Below are positions 24,700-38,237 of a DNA stretch of 64,000 nucleotides, in pieces. The stretch is from Octopus sinensis. Its lineage: Eukaryota. The position numbers were made by a program, and so were the translations under genes. Each line of letters starts with the position of its first letter. Position 1 is the stretch's first letter. The notes beneath the pieces were generated by a model. The model saw only the letters and a program-made list of their open reading frames with translations, was not told where the DNA came from and made no database searches. The DNA lies in contig NC_043019.1 of assembly GCF_006345805.1 (NCBI RefSeq), forward strand, positions 19,653,360 to 19,717,359, read 5' to 3'.

Positions 24700-27600
24700 A
24701 ATAAACGGAAAACAAGAGGTAAAAGACAAGAAAACTAAAACAAACACTGTTCAGAAAAAAACCCAGCAAGAGCTACAAGGGCAAAAGCAGAAACATCTGC
24801 AAATTCTACCTGAAGGGAGACTGCTGGCATGGCGTCGATGGTGCAAACTGTCGTTTTGCATATCAGAAGCCCTGCCAAAACCGCATGGACACAAGACAAA
24901 AATCTCCCTCGGGGAGAACAAAAAGATAAAGAAAAATCTAAAAGAAGGAAAAATGGCGCACTGACCACTCCTGAAAGACGATATGCGGATGTAGTGCGCG
25001 GTAGCCCAACAAATGGCCAGCTTCACCCAGATGTGAGAAGGGCAGCAGCTGAACAGCAATCTTTTTTGTGCATGGCACAAAAAATTGTTCAGCAGCTGAC
25101 CTGGCTACAAGCACAAAGCTGGAACTACCACCACATAAGGCCACCACCAACAGATGCAGGATGGCCACCACAGACACCAACACACACACCACAAAAATAT
25201 TTCTACTGAACGTAGGAGAGCGGCAACTGTAAAAGGAAAATCTCATTCCTGAGAGACCTTGTGACATGCAATCAAGCTATATGCATGGCACTCACAGAAA
25301 CGCATCTTGGACCCGATATAGGGGATGCAGAAATACACATACCGCAATATGCTGTCATACGCTCATAAGGGAGGAGCCATGGTGGAGTTGCAATGTACAT
25401 CCGAGATGACCTCACGCCCCAGGTCCTGTTGTCATATTCAAACTCAGTGTGTGACACTCAAATTGTACACATAAGACAACTGAATATCGTCATATCTACT
25501 ACATATCGCCCACCGGATGCCCCAAATCACTCAGGCATGTTTAAAGACTGCCTGACAAAAATAGAAGTCCTCACCAACCTTGAACAACACAACAGTGTTT
25601 CCTTCATGGGTGACTTTAACTTCCCCAATGAGGAATGGCCTGGGAGGCAGATGCTCCCAGGGATGACATACCATCAGCAGGCACAGGCAGAGTCCCTGCT
25701 TCATCTCACAAATGTCTCTTTCATGGAGCAAATAGTGCTGCAACCAACAAGGGCAGATAATATACTGGATCTCTACTTCACAAACAATATGGATATTATC
25801 CATAATGTTAAAGTGATGCCGACAATGATCTCGGATCACAACATAATAGAGCTGTCTATGTATGGACCAAAAGTCCCCGTAGACACACAGCCTATACGAA
25901 GCATCCACAATCTCTCCAACTTAAACTTTCATAAAGCAAATTGGAAGTTGATCGAGAAAGAGATCCTCAAACAGGATTGGCCTAAATGTCTCTCCACACC
26001 GGACATAAACATGAAACACAAACACTTCATGTCCATAATACAAGCCATATGTGACAAATATGTCCCAGTGTGCAGGGCCAGCACACACAAAAACAAAAAC
26101 AGGATCCCTAGAGAAAGGAAGATTCTTATGAGACGACGGACAAGGATTGCGAACCGCCTGAGCAAGCACACCAAAAGTGGTGAGAAGTCTCGGCTCGAGA
26201 GAATGCTAATGGAAATTGAGAAAAGTCTGCATCAGTCTCATAAAAAGGAGAGAGCAGATAAAGAAGCTGAGGTAATAGAAAATATAAAATCAAACCCTAA
26301 AGCTTTCTTTAAGTTTGCGAAAGAGACAGCCACAGTGCACCAGAGAATAGGACCTCTCTTCCAAAAAGATGACTGTCTCACAGGAAATCCTACGAGGATA
26401 TGTGAGATACTGAACGAACAGTTCCAAAGTGTGTTCACTAGACCTCTAGGACACAGGCAAGTAAACAACCCAGAAGAATTCTTTGCCACTTTACCGGCGG
26501 CCAAAGAGGCAAAAATTGAGTACATCAACATTGAAGATGATGATATCACACTGGCCATAGATGAGATTGACACAAACTCAGCTACTGGACCTGATGGATT
26601 TCCAGCGATCCTTCTCAAATCATGCAAACGAGCCCATGCAAAACCGCTACAGCTTCTTGCAAGTGGTAAGCTCCCAGTCAAATTGAAAGAGGGAGTAATA
26701 TGCCCTATCCATAAGGGAGGAAGCAGAGCAGATGCTAAAAATTATAGGCCTATCTCTCTGACCTCACACATCAGCAAAGTCATGGAACGAATAGTCCGCA
26801 AGAAACTAATCATGTTCCTTGAAGAAAACGACTTGCTGACTGACACCCAGCATGAATTTCGACCAGGTAGAAGCTGCCTAACACAGCTCCTGCAACACTA
26901 TGACTGGGTGTTAAAACAGCTACAAAATGCCTCAAATGTAGTTGTGATATATCTCGACTTTGCAAAAACTTTTGATAAAGTCGACCACGGTATGATTTGT
27001 CACAGACTGCGTGGTCTCGGCATAGGTGGAAAATTTGGAGAGTGGCTGCACAACTTCCTAAAAGACAGAAAACAGGCAGTTGTGACCAATGGAGCCACCT
27101 CCACGGAAACACAAATAACAAGCGGTGTTCCACAGGGCACTGTCTTGGAGCCACTGCTGTTCATAGTGGCCCTTTCAGACATGCCCTCAGTTGCTAAGAT
27201 GGCCACCCTTGCTAGCTATGCAGATGACACAAAAGTCTCCCACACAATACAAAACCCTGGAAATATTGCACATCTGCAACAGGAGTTGGATACAATATAC
27301 AGGTGGGCTGAGGACAACAACATGCAGTTTAATGCAGGTAAGTTCCCGGCCCTGCGCTACCTGCACACAAATGTAAACGACATGCAGACTGGATACACTG
27401 GCCCGGGAAGAATTGTAATCCTGAGTCAAAATCAGTGCGTGACCTGGGCATTGGCATGAGCAATGATGCATCTTTCCAAGTGCATATTACTAATTTGGTG
27501 ATAAAATGCAGACGGTTAGCTGGATGGATTCGCCGAACTTTCAGAACAAGAGAGAAGGAGACACTGATGGTCCTATGGAAAACATTCCTCCTCAGCTGCT

Positions 27601-28212
27601 TGGACTACTGCTCCCAACTATGGTCACAACAAAATATAAAACTAACAGCAGAACTCGAAGCAATTCAAAGAAGCTACACAAAGAAGATCGTCTCAATGCA
27701 ACATATCAGCTACTGGGAAAGACTGAAAGTATTAAAACACTCATCCCTAGAGTGAAGGCGGGAGAGATATGCGGTGATATACATCTGGAAAATCCTGGAG
27801 GGTTTTGTCCCAAACTTTGGCATTCAAAGTTACCCCAACCGCAGAACGGGGCACCACTGCATGGTGCCAAAGATTCCAACATCACCTTCAAAATACAGGT
27901 CCAGATACTGCAACAGCTTGGGTTTCAGAGGACCACAGCGGTTTAACATCCTCCCTAAATGCCTGAGAAACTTGCATGGTGTGGATGTGGGTTTCTTTAA
28001 GACTAAGCTGGATCGCTTCTCGTCGGGGGTCCTAGATGAACCTACCTCACGACAGGAGACACAGATGCGGGCAGCGGCATCGAACCCCCTTGTTGACCAA
28101 GTGCCATGTATCAGAGGTGGATTCACATATTAGTGTAGCTCATTCAGCGGTGGTGCCCCAGCATGGCCGCAGCTTTCGGGCTGAAACATTTTTAAGGATT
28201 TTAAGGATTTAA
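24700..28212 (+). mobile_element. Near full-length degenerate CR1/L2-group LINE (ORF1 tail, APE endonuclease and RT)
   Basis: ALTETHL and GGVAMY..YRPP..GDFN..SDHN endonuclease motifs precede RT motifs (SGVPQG, YADD) and a C-terminus ending at 28133, followed by a short (TTTAAGGA)n tail. It carries several stops and frameshifts. Confidence 0.9.
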
Positions 28213-28268
<56 letters not shown>

Positions 28269-28338
28269 CATATATGTATATATATTACATATATATATAT
28301 TATATTATATATATTATACAATATATATATACATATAT

Positions 28339-28691
28339 AGCCAAAGCTTCAACCGCAAAGCTTCTGGTTAATTCCGTAATGGAATCGACGGCTTATATTT
28401 ATTTGCTGCCGATAAATTTGGCGCGAGTGCGATGATTTGAAAATTTTAGGTCAGATATTAACTTGGCAGGGTCGGAAATGCCTCGTGAAAATATCTGTTC
28501 CGACTTGTGGCTATTTCTTACTGAAGAATCTGAGGGCCTATGGAAGATTGGCTTGATTTAATTTAATCAGGTTAGTTTACCATTAAACAGCAGACGAAAC
28601 GGTGCATCGTATAAGAAATTACAGGGTAAATGTTTTTTAAATTTTCTCCTGTTTACGGAATTGACTTTTATTTGCGGTTGAAGCTTTGGCT
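28339..28691. mobile_element. MITE-like element with about 40-bp imperfect terminal inverted repeats
   Basis: AGCCAAAGCTTCAACCGCAAA..TAATTCCGTAA at the left end, and TTACGGAATTG..TTTGCGGTTGAAGCTTTGGCT at the right end. Confidence 0.55.
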
Positions 28692-28907
28692 GTTATTTCT
28701 AGTGGGTGAATGGCCTATTATGGCCGTTCCTTGATTGTTGATGTTGAACTTAAAAATGGTCTATGACTATTTAATTTTTTCCCACTAGGCCGCTGGTGGC
28801 AAAAAAATTCTACAAAATTTTTTTGCCACCCTATATTGATTAATTATATACATATATATATATATGTATTTTATATATATATAATATATATATATTATAT
28901 ATATATA

Positions 28908-28981
<74 letters not shown>

Positions 28982-28982
28982 A

Positions 28983-29842
28983 TATAGAGGGCATTATTAC
29001 ACATAAATGCCGCACGCTAGGAAGGACTCTTAAAGTCAAAACTACCAAAATAAACATATCGTACCAAATGCAAGTCATTCAAAAGCAGAATTTAGCTGCA
29101 GATCACCAGTGATTTCGTAATCAACACATTATCTGCGTCCCTTATTCGTCAGTACAGCGAATTCAAGATTTATATTGAATGAACAAAATCAACATACCAG
29201 ACGAACAACCATCGTATCCACCGTAGCATATAGAACTGTTCACCCCTTATAAATCTATATAAATGGCGGGCTTTTTCGAATTGCATTTCGGTAACAACGT
29301 GCTTCTTCGGAACAAAAATTCAGTATTGAATTACTCCGGTGAAATTTATAATTTAAAAATAGGATAAAATCTTCATAAGAAATTATCAAGTAGTCAGCGC
29401 GAAAAACCTCATAAGAGAAAAAATCTGTAAATTTTTTCCTTGAAAATATTTATTTATAATATATAGAGGACATTATTACGCATAAATGCCGCACGCTAGG
29501 AGGGGCTCTTAAAGTCAAAACTACCAAAATAAACATATCGTACCGAATGCAGATAATGCGTTGATTACGAAATCACTGGTGATCTGCAGCTAAATTCTGT
29601 TTTTGAATGACTTGCTTTGAGACTTGCATTTTTTGAATGACTTGCTTTGAATCCCTCCTAGCGTGCGGCATTTATGTGTAATAATGCCCTCTATATAATA
29701 TAAATAAATATTTTCAAGGAAAAAATTTACAGATTTTTTTCTCTTATGAGGTTTTTCATGCTGACTACTTGATAATTTCTTATGAAGATTTTATCCTATT
29801 TTTAAATTATAAATTTCACCGGAATAATTCAGTACTGAATAT
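28983..29842. repeat. Complex nested direct/inverted repeat (foldback)
   Basis: Block A occurs at 28983-29065 and 29462-29544 (direct) and at 29654-29695 (inverted). About 29070-29150 is inverted at about 29549-29617, and about 29316-29461 is inverted at about 29696-29842. Confidence 0.9.
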
Positions 29843-29857
29843 ATATATATATGTATT

Positions 29858-29960
<103 letters not shown>

Positions 29961-30062
29961 ATAGAAATTGTAAGACAACAAAAGAATGAAAGAGACCTCG
30001 ATATTATGTAAATAGCGGAATTTATCTGTAAATGTAATATGTGACAATTATTTGGTAGCCAT

Positions 30063-30123
30063 GATAAAACTCCGAGTTTCGGATGCCGAGGTGGAAATCC
30101 ACACAGCCATCTCTTCAGTTATC
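30063..30123 (-). ncRNA. Type-I hammerhead-like motif (CUGAAGA core)
   Basis: Minus strand reads GATAA-CTGAAGA-GATG..GTGGA tt TCCAC..CATC-C-GAA-ACTC g GAGT-T-TTATC. Confidence 0.55.
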
Positions 30124-30329
30124 CGGGTATAGGAAAAAATGCTATGAAAATGACCATTAAACAAAGGGAAATTACTGTGTGATTGACCGTTATTAAGACA
30201 AAAGTGCTATTTGAATGACCACTAAGTGAGGAGAGGGAGTAAAAGTAAAAGGTAAAAATGTCCATAGTATTCGTATAAGCACGCGTGTCCATACCTACAC
30301 ATGCGCGCCCGCGCACACACATACATATT

Positions 30330-30712
<383 letters not shown>

Positions 30713-33700
30713 TGACCGTCCACTCGTGACCGAGGAAGACCATTGCCGACCTTCAGGATCATTGTGCGCTCTAGGACTAACTTATATTTTGCATTTGTGG
30801 CTCCGTTGGTGGCTAATGAGCCCTGCTCTTGACAAGCATACACGACTGCAAACATTTCAGACCAAGCTTTCCCCATTCACTATACGAGCCGTGCGCTTTG
30901 GCGCAGCTCGCTTAAGTTCTTCATGCTGGATACGTACTCTCTCAAAAGTGTCAATCCCCTCCTTAACCTGCTTCCTCCTTCTGTGGCAATGACAGGCATT
31001 GTTCTCCCAGTCAGTGTCCTGCATATCACAGGCCTTTAATGAGGACTTGACACAGTCCTTAAATCGCAGCCTTGGTTTCTGCCGGAGTTTCCTTCCATTC
31101 ACAAGTTCTCCATAGAGCATCTGCTTAGGAATCCTTCTATCCTTCATTCTAATAAGGCGTCCAGTCCAACGCAACCAGTGCTTGTGCACCATCGCCTCAA
31201 TACTCAAGATATCAGCTGTCCTCAGGACCTGTGTGTCTGGAATTTTTGAGGTCCAGCCAACATTGAGAATGTGTCTGAGACATCTCTGATGAAAACGTTC
31301 AAGGACCCTTACCTGACGTTTGTACAGAGTCCATGTCTCACATGTGTAGAGAAGCGATGTCAGTGCACAAGCACGGTACACAGCAACTTTTGTTCTCCTT
31401 GCGATGCCATGTTGGGACCAGACACGAGACTGAAGAGACCGGAAGGAATTAGTTGCTCTCTGCAACCTGAAAGATATTTCCTCATCCAGGGAGCAAGAAC
31501 GGCTGAGTGTGCTGCCCAGGTAGACAAACTTGTCAACTACCTTCAGAATTGTTCCTTCAACCAAGATAGCTGGATTTCCTGGTGCAGGCTGGAACATTAA
31601 AACAGTCTTGTCCAGGCTAATGCTGATTCCAAATGCCCTGCAAGAAGCAGAAATGCAATTCATGAGTATTTGCATGTCATCCACTGTATGAGTGACTAAG
31701 TCACAGTTATCTGCATAAAGGAGGTCACGAATAATAGACTGAGAAACCTTTGAATTGGCAGCAAATCAGCGAAGATTAAAGAGGCGGCCAGAAGATCGAT
31801 ATCTGACATATATTCCCTGAGAGCTAACCTTAGCAAAAGCATGAGTAAAAGCAGCAGCAAAGTACAAAGAGAGTTGGGGCAATGGCTTGACACCATTCTC
31901 TACAGGAATGGGTCCCGCCATGGTACCACCAACATTGACCCAAGCCTCCATCCCATCATGAAATGATTTAATTATAGATACAAAGTGATCCGGGCATCCA
32001 AGTTTGCCAAGTTTTTTCCATAGAAAGGCCCTATTTACAGTATCAAAGGCCTTTGTTAAATCAATGAATACCTGGACAAGATCCATATTCTGCTCATAGC
32101 ACTTCTCCTGCATCTGTCTTGCTGTGAAAATCATATCCATTGTCCCTCTACCAGATCGGAAGCCATATTGAGATTCAGATAGGACATCATTTATGAGACA
32201 CCCATTCAGACGGGTAAGAAGAATATTTGCCAGAACCTTGCCAGCAGCTGATAGTAGAGCAATACCTCTGTAGTTACCACACATTGTTCTGGCTCCTTTT
32301 CCTTTATATAGAGGAAGAATAATTGCATCCTTCCAGTCCTTAGGGATTGCACCATCCCTCCAGACTGCACTAATAAGTTCATGAAAGGACTGTATGATGT
32401 AATTACCACCAAATCGCAAGACCTCAGCACAAATTCCATCCTTTCCAGGTGCCCTACCAAGATTCAATTTACTTATTGATGTCATTACTTCATCTATCGA
32501 GGGCGAGGAGTCTAAGGAGCCAATGATAGGTCTTTGTTGCATAGTATCAATCACTGTTTCATCCACAACTGACTCATGGTTTAGGAGTTCAGAGAAGTGT
32601 TCGATCCAGCGACCTGTGATTTCTGTTGATTTAGTAAACAGGGTGGAAGACTCCTTGGAAAGCAAAGGAGCTGATGTGGAGCTCTTAGGTCCATAAGCTC
32701 GCTTCATAAGATGGTAAAGCTTCTTGCTGTCATTTGCATCAGCAGCAGCCTGAACATCACGAGCAAGATCCTCCCACCAAGTGTTCTGCATCTTCCTGAG
32801 AGATCGCTGCAGTAGTGATTTTACACTGTTATAGTGGGAAAGTGCTAGACTTCGCTGCACAGTAGACAGTTCCCTGTGCAGCAACACACTATGGGCATGG
32901 CGCTTTACCACTAATAGTCCCTGAATTTCAGCATCATTCTCATCAAACCAGTCTCTGTGTCTGGCAGTAACATACCCCAATATTTTGGCTGCACATTGAA
33001 CAACCTGGTCTCGAAAATCTTCCCATGCTGCAGCAGTTTCAATGCTGGACAAGCGAGTCTGAAGCTCTTTCCTAACCACAACATCATATACCTTGTGGAC
33101 ACTTAGATGGCGAGGAATGCTGACTGGTCCTCTTCTCTCTTTCGCTCTAATCACCATTCGGAACTTTGCTCGCACCAGATTGTGGTCCGTCCAGCATTCT
33201 GATCCATGCAAGGACTTGACATTACAAATGTCATAAATGTCGCGCTTGCGGATGATAACATAATCCAACAAGTGCCAAACTTTGGACCTTGGATGCATCC
33301 ATGTTGTTGTGTGATCACCTTTGTGCACAAAATGAGTGCTTGCAATGTAAAGTCCATGTTCTTCGCAAAGCTCCAGTAGCATGAGACCATTGCTATTCAT
33401 TTTCCCTACTCCAAAACGTCCTAGAGAGTTCCATGTTTGCCAGTCTGTTACGACCCTGGCATTAAAATCCCCCAGTAGAATGACTTTATCAGAATTGGGG
33501 ATTTTTCTAAGTATGGATCTCAGATGGATATAAAAGATTATTTTAACTGCATCACAGCTCGTCAAAGTAGGTGCATAGGCACTTATTAGAGTAGCAAACC
33601 GCTTACCTTTCAAGTGCAACCGTAGGGTCATTATACGTTCATTATACGTTCATAGGAACAGGGAGCTCTTCCAACTTCTTAAGGATATCAGATCGGCCTA

Positions 33701-34841
33701 CAAAACCAACACCAGCCTCTCTGCGCTCCTCCTTCTGCCTCCTTTCCAAAAAAAGGTGTATCCATCTCCTACTTCCTCAAGCTGACCATCACCTTCTATA
33801 CGAGTCCCTGAGAGTGCAGCTATATCAATTTTATAACGGTTCAGCTCACGAGCAACAACTGCACTACGTCTTTCAGGCCTGCAATCACTCTTGTTGTCCA
33901 ACAGAGTGCGCACATTCCAACATGAAATGTTTAAGTTCCGTCGAGATTTTATAGATAAAAGACTCTTTGTTTTTCGAGCGCAGGGTGGACATCCGTCAGT
34001 CGCGCTAAACTGACCAGATATGGAAAGACAGGCAATTTTTGGTTCACCTTTTCTAGAACCTCCCCGGTCACCGGGTGAGCAGTGCCCTCTCCAAATGGAG
34101 CTGCTCAGACACCCATGCAGTAACCGAATCCTACCGCTGTCTTGAGCGACAAGGAGACGACTTTATATCTCGCATGGGCCGCCTATGTGCAGGTCGCTGA
34201 CTACATGCTTCATCACCTTCCCATCGCCGCAGGACTTCCGAATAAAAAAATTAAAATATATACTAAAAATGAAGAAAATATATACTAAAAATAAGAAATA
34301 TATATAGAGGAAAAAGATTGCACATATCGAGCAGAGGTCGGCAATGCCTGTGCAGAGTTTTAGGTCCAATAAGGCTTGCACAACACCTCATAGACCCTCT
34401 CCACTTTATTGACATTATCCAGAGACAAGCCGGAGCAAGATGTCTTGTGCCAATATGAATCGCAGGCTCAGGGATGTGGGATCCCCCAAATGTCCAATAC
34501 CATTCCCTGCATATCTGGTTCTATATCAGAGTGACCTTCTCCTAGAGACATGCTTTAAGAAAAGCTGAGGGGCGCCTCACTCCCAGGGGTCTTTCAGCAC
34601 GCCGGACACCATCTCGGAATTTCTGCGTACCCGTGCAAACATTTATTGGATGGCCGTTGACTCTCAAGAGGTCCTCCGCCCTTTGACGGATTTTGTTTTT
34701 CATCCCGCAGGGTGTCCAATAAACACCCTCCTCACCAAGCAAGCTTGGTGGGGTTGCCGGTTTAGTCGCCGATGACCCGACCATGCAACAGGTTGTACTG
34801 GGTTACATGTTACCAGTAGCACTCGAAAGTGACCTGACATA
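30713..34841 (-). mobile_element. Full-length but disrupted RTE-clade LINE (5' UTR, APE endonuclease and RT)
   Basis: Translates to NVRTLLD..ERRSAVVARELNRYKIDIAALSGTR, SAYAPT, LGDFNARV, DHNLVR, YRGIALL, QYGFRSGRG, IDLTKAFD and LFADNCD, with a typical RTE C-terminus. An 11-bp tandem duplication (CATTATACGTT, about 33629-33650) breaks the frame. Confidence 0.92.
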
Positions 34842-35025
34842 ATATATGTATATATATACATATATGCATACATGCATGTATATATATGTATATATATATA
34901 TACATATATACACACATACATATATACATATGTATATATATATGTACATATATACATACATATATACATATGTATATATATACATATGTATATATATACA
35001 TATATATACATACATATATATATAT

Positions 35026-35059
<34 letters not shown>

Positions 35060-35060
35060 G

Positions 35061-35112
<52 letters not shown>

Positions 35113-35900
35113 AATTTTTTGCGTAATAATATAACAAAAACCAAGGGTGTGTAGATTTTAGAGCATTTATAGATAGAAGGTCTTACAGCTGTTTCCAGGA
35201 TATTCATTGTATCCCTTCATCGGAGACAGAGCGAGAGGATGGTTAAGTAATCGTTAATTTAGATAAGATATAAAATAGAGAGTGAGATGGAGGAAAGAAA
35301 ATAGATGTTAGATGTATAAGGATGTTGTATTTGTAGATCCGTTTCTTTAGGCAGAATGGTATACATATAAGATTCTAATACCTTAAGTGTAAAATCCAAT
35401 AGTATTTAAAATTGGTCATTCCAAGTATAGAGTTTATACACAGTGTTATTGAATCAAGGGTTTTATTTAAAGTGACCTAAAAATAGAGTGTATTAGTAGG
35501 GTCAAATTGAAAAGAGGAAGAGAAGAATAAAGAAAGGGAAAAAGAAGAGAAAAAAGAGCAAAAAGAGAGAAGGAGAAGAAAATAAGAAGAAAATAATAAA
35601 ATAATATAATAATAAAAAAATTAAAAAAACAAGAATAGAGGAATAAAGGAAAGAAAGAAATAAGAAAAAAGAAAAACGAAGATATAAATAAGGGAAAGCG
35701 TACCGGTGAGGGGTCAATGGAAATAATTTGAAAGTAGGAATGGGTAGATAAAGGGTGATAGAGAGATAAGGGTATTAGGGTGTGAAAAATAGAAGGAATA
35801 GGGGGTTGATAAAAGGTAAAGGAGTGACAGATGTGTAGTGAGGTACATATATAAGTCTAAGTGTTGGGGCAGGAGAGGGTTCTTCTTAATCCTTTTTGCC
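35113..35900 (-). mobile_element. PLE-type 3' end/pseudo-LTR remnant, paralogous to 43280-44005
   Basis: Shares AAGAATTTTTTGCGTAAT..AAAAACCAAGG..GAAGGTCTTACAGCTGTTTC and a purine-rich tract with about 43280-44005, and carries a hammerhead-like motif. Confidence 0.5.
35180..35227 (-). ncRNA. Minimal type-I hammerhead-like motif (CCGAUGA core)
   Basis: Minus strand reads GTCT-CCGATGA-A-GGGATA caatgaa TATCCT-G-GAA-ACAGCTGT-A-AGAC, with a perfectly palindromic stem III and a GUA triplet. Confidence 0.6.
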
Positions 35901-36518
35901 CCTTTGTGGACCGCGAATCCGCTGCTCTAACCACTAGGCCACGTGTCTCCACAGAGAGAGGGTTAGTTGTAATGAATTAAGAATTTAGATGGTTCTATAC
36001 ACACGAAAAGATTTTGACTTGGAGCATTTCGAACTCTAACAAGTTAAGAAGGTTGAAGGGACCTATGCACTTAGACTGAAATTGAGAAAAGAACTACACG
36101 CACCACGACAGAAATTGGGGGGGGGGGATATTTACTTACCATTTTTTTCGTCTTTCTTCCGAATTCACCTTTTTTTTAATAAAAACTCAATATAACTGAA
36201 CTTTCTATAATATACATTTGTTATGATCTTCACCGAACATTAACAGGTATTGTATATTACTATCTATCTCTGTGAAATTAATTGAACCTCTGTGAATATT
36301 TGAATATTAGATCATTTAAACACGTTTTGCTGATTTTTACCTTGTAACTTTAAACTCTCCTAAACCTTTGATAAGCTAACAATTGTCAAAACCGGCATTT
36401 TAATAAATCTATTACAAATTTTAAAAGCGGCTACACGTTATGAGATTTTGGGCGGATTTTCAAACCTCAAAACAAATTCTCATATATATACTCGTTTATA
36501 TATATATATATATATATA

Positions 36519-36667
36519 TACTAGCAGTATAACCCGGCCTTGCTCGGGATTAACTTACGGGATTAAGCTAATCAAGTTCTTTATTTCAAATCAAACCTAG
36601 TAATGTCGACGTCAAATTTGGGCGAAATCCGTTGAAATTGGTTATATTATATATATATATTATATAT

Positions 36668-36711
<44 letters not shown>

Positions 36712-37609
36712 GATATAATATAAATATATGTGGGTAACAGACACGAACACACATACACACACGTACGTACTTACACCTATTGCATGTTTTGTGCACGCAT
36801 ACATGTTCATAAACAGAAATGAATGGGAAAAAACGTTGTTAAATTTGTAGATTAACACTCGCACGATTTTTACTAAGAAAAAATCGCTTTTTTTTTGCGT
36901 GGAATCAACTACTCTGGCATCTTAATATGCTACAAAACCCTTTTTGTGGTCCGTGAAACGGAGTGGGGTGTGGTAGAAGCCTCGGAAATTGTACCCATTT
37001 ATATTGTGTAATTCACTGACAAATTGTTACTCACCTCTTTATTTCTTTGTTGTTAAATGCATGGATTCTCAACAAAACACTTTTTTACTCGGCGTAAAAT
37101 AAAAACAAAACTCTTTCACACCCAAAGTAATGTGAGAGAGAGAGAGGGGGGGAGAAAGATGAACGATTTAAAATAAATATATTGTAATTGTTGTGTGAGA
37201 AAGTATATATACTATGATTATGAAATATAGTGTCTTTCAAAAATCCTGAATTTGAACACTATATCTCGTGTTTAAGAAAAAACAAAACATTTTACATTTT
37301 ATTTTTATGAACGTCGTCACTTTCTCTCTCTCTCTCTCTCTCCCTCCCTCTCTCACTTTGTCTTTCCCGTGAAACTCTCTGTCCCTCTTCCACTTTTCTT
37401 TATCCTATTTTTTTTTGTTAGACGCCGTCAAAAAGCTATGGCTGATATTTTTTATGGCTCAAAGCTATGGCTGAAAATAGAATCTTACCACTATCCGCGG
37501 GTGCCGCGGGAAAAAAATAAGTTGACAAAGCCCAGATAGGGTGTTGACGAATGTCCTAAAATTTGAGCGACATGCGTGCTAATTTGTGGATGTGCATAAA
37601 CTACAATCA

Positions 37610-37646
<37 letters not shown>

Positions 37647-37650
37647 CTTG

Positions 37651-37655
<5 letters not shown>
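36519..37655 (+). mobile_element. Probable non-autonomous Helitron/Helentron (Lep1/HINE-like)
   Basis: The 5' end TACTAGCAGTATAACCCGGCCTTGCTCGGG and the 3' end with CCGCGG..CCGCGG, (CA)n and CATCTTGCCTTATATAT resemble the HINE/Lep1 architecture. It has no coding capacity. Confidence 0.45.
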
Positions 37656-37710
<55 letters not shown>

Positions 37711-37713
<3 letters not shown>

Positions 37714-38123
37714 CGCAGGAGTGGCTGTGTGGTAAGTAGCTTGCTAACCAGCCACATGGTTCCGGGTTCAGTCCCACTGCGTGGCACCTTGGGCAAATGT
37801 CTTCTACTATAGCTGACCAATGCCTTGTGAGTGGATTTGGTAGACGGAAACTGAAAGACGCCTGTCGTATATGTATTTATATATATGTATTATGTGTGTG
37901 TGTTTGTGTGTCTGTGTTTGTCTCCCTAGCATTGCTTGACAACCGATGCTGGTGTGTCTACGTCCCCGTCACTTAGCGGTTCGGCAAAAGAGAGACCGAT
38001 AGAATAAGTACTGGGCTTACAAAGAATAAGTCCCGGGGTCGATTTGCCCGACTAAAGGCGGTGCTCCAGCATGGCCGCAGTCAAATGACTGAAACAAGTA
38101 AAAGAGTAAAAAGAGTAAAGAGA
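37711..38123 (+). mobile_element. SINE family A, full-length
   Basis: Consensus head to tail; it ends about 115 bp upstream of the exon D acceptor. Confidence 0.9.
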
Positions 38124-38237
38124 ATATATATATACATATATATATATATACAAAGATAGGGAGAGGGAGAGAGTGTGAGAGAGCTATACGTATTTATCTA
38201 AATTAACCTATCTTTATTGTTCTGCTCCTCTTTCCAG

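Noticed and set aside
34540-34841. HDV-like ribozyme in the RTE 5' UTR
   Set aside because: Several hairpins are present, but I could not build the P1/P1.1/P2/P3 double pseudoknot. An RNArobo/Infernal search would be needed.
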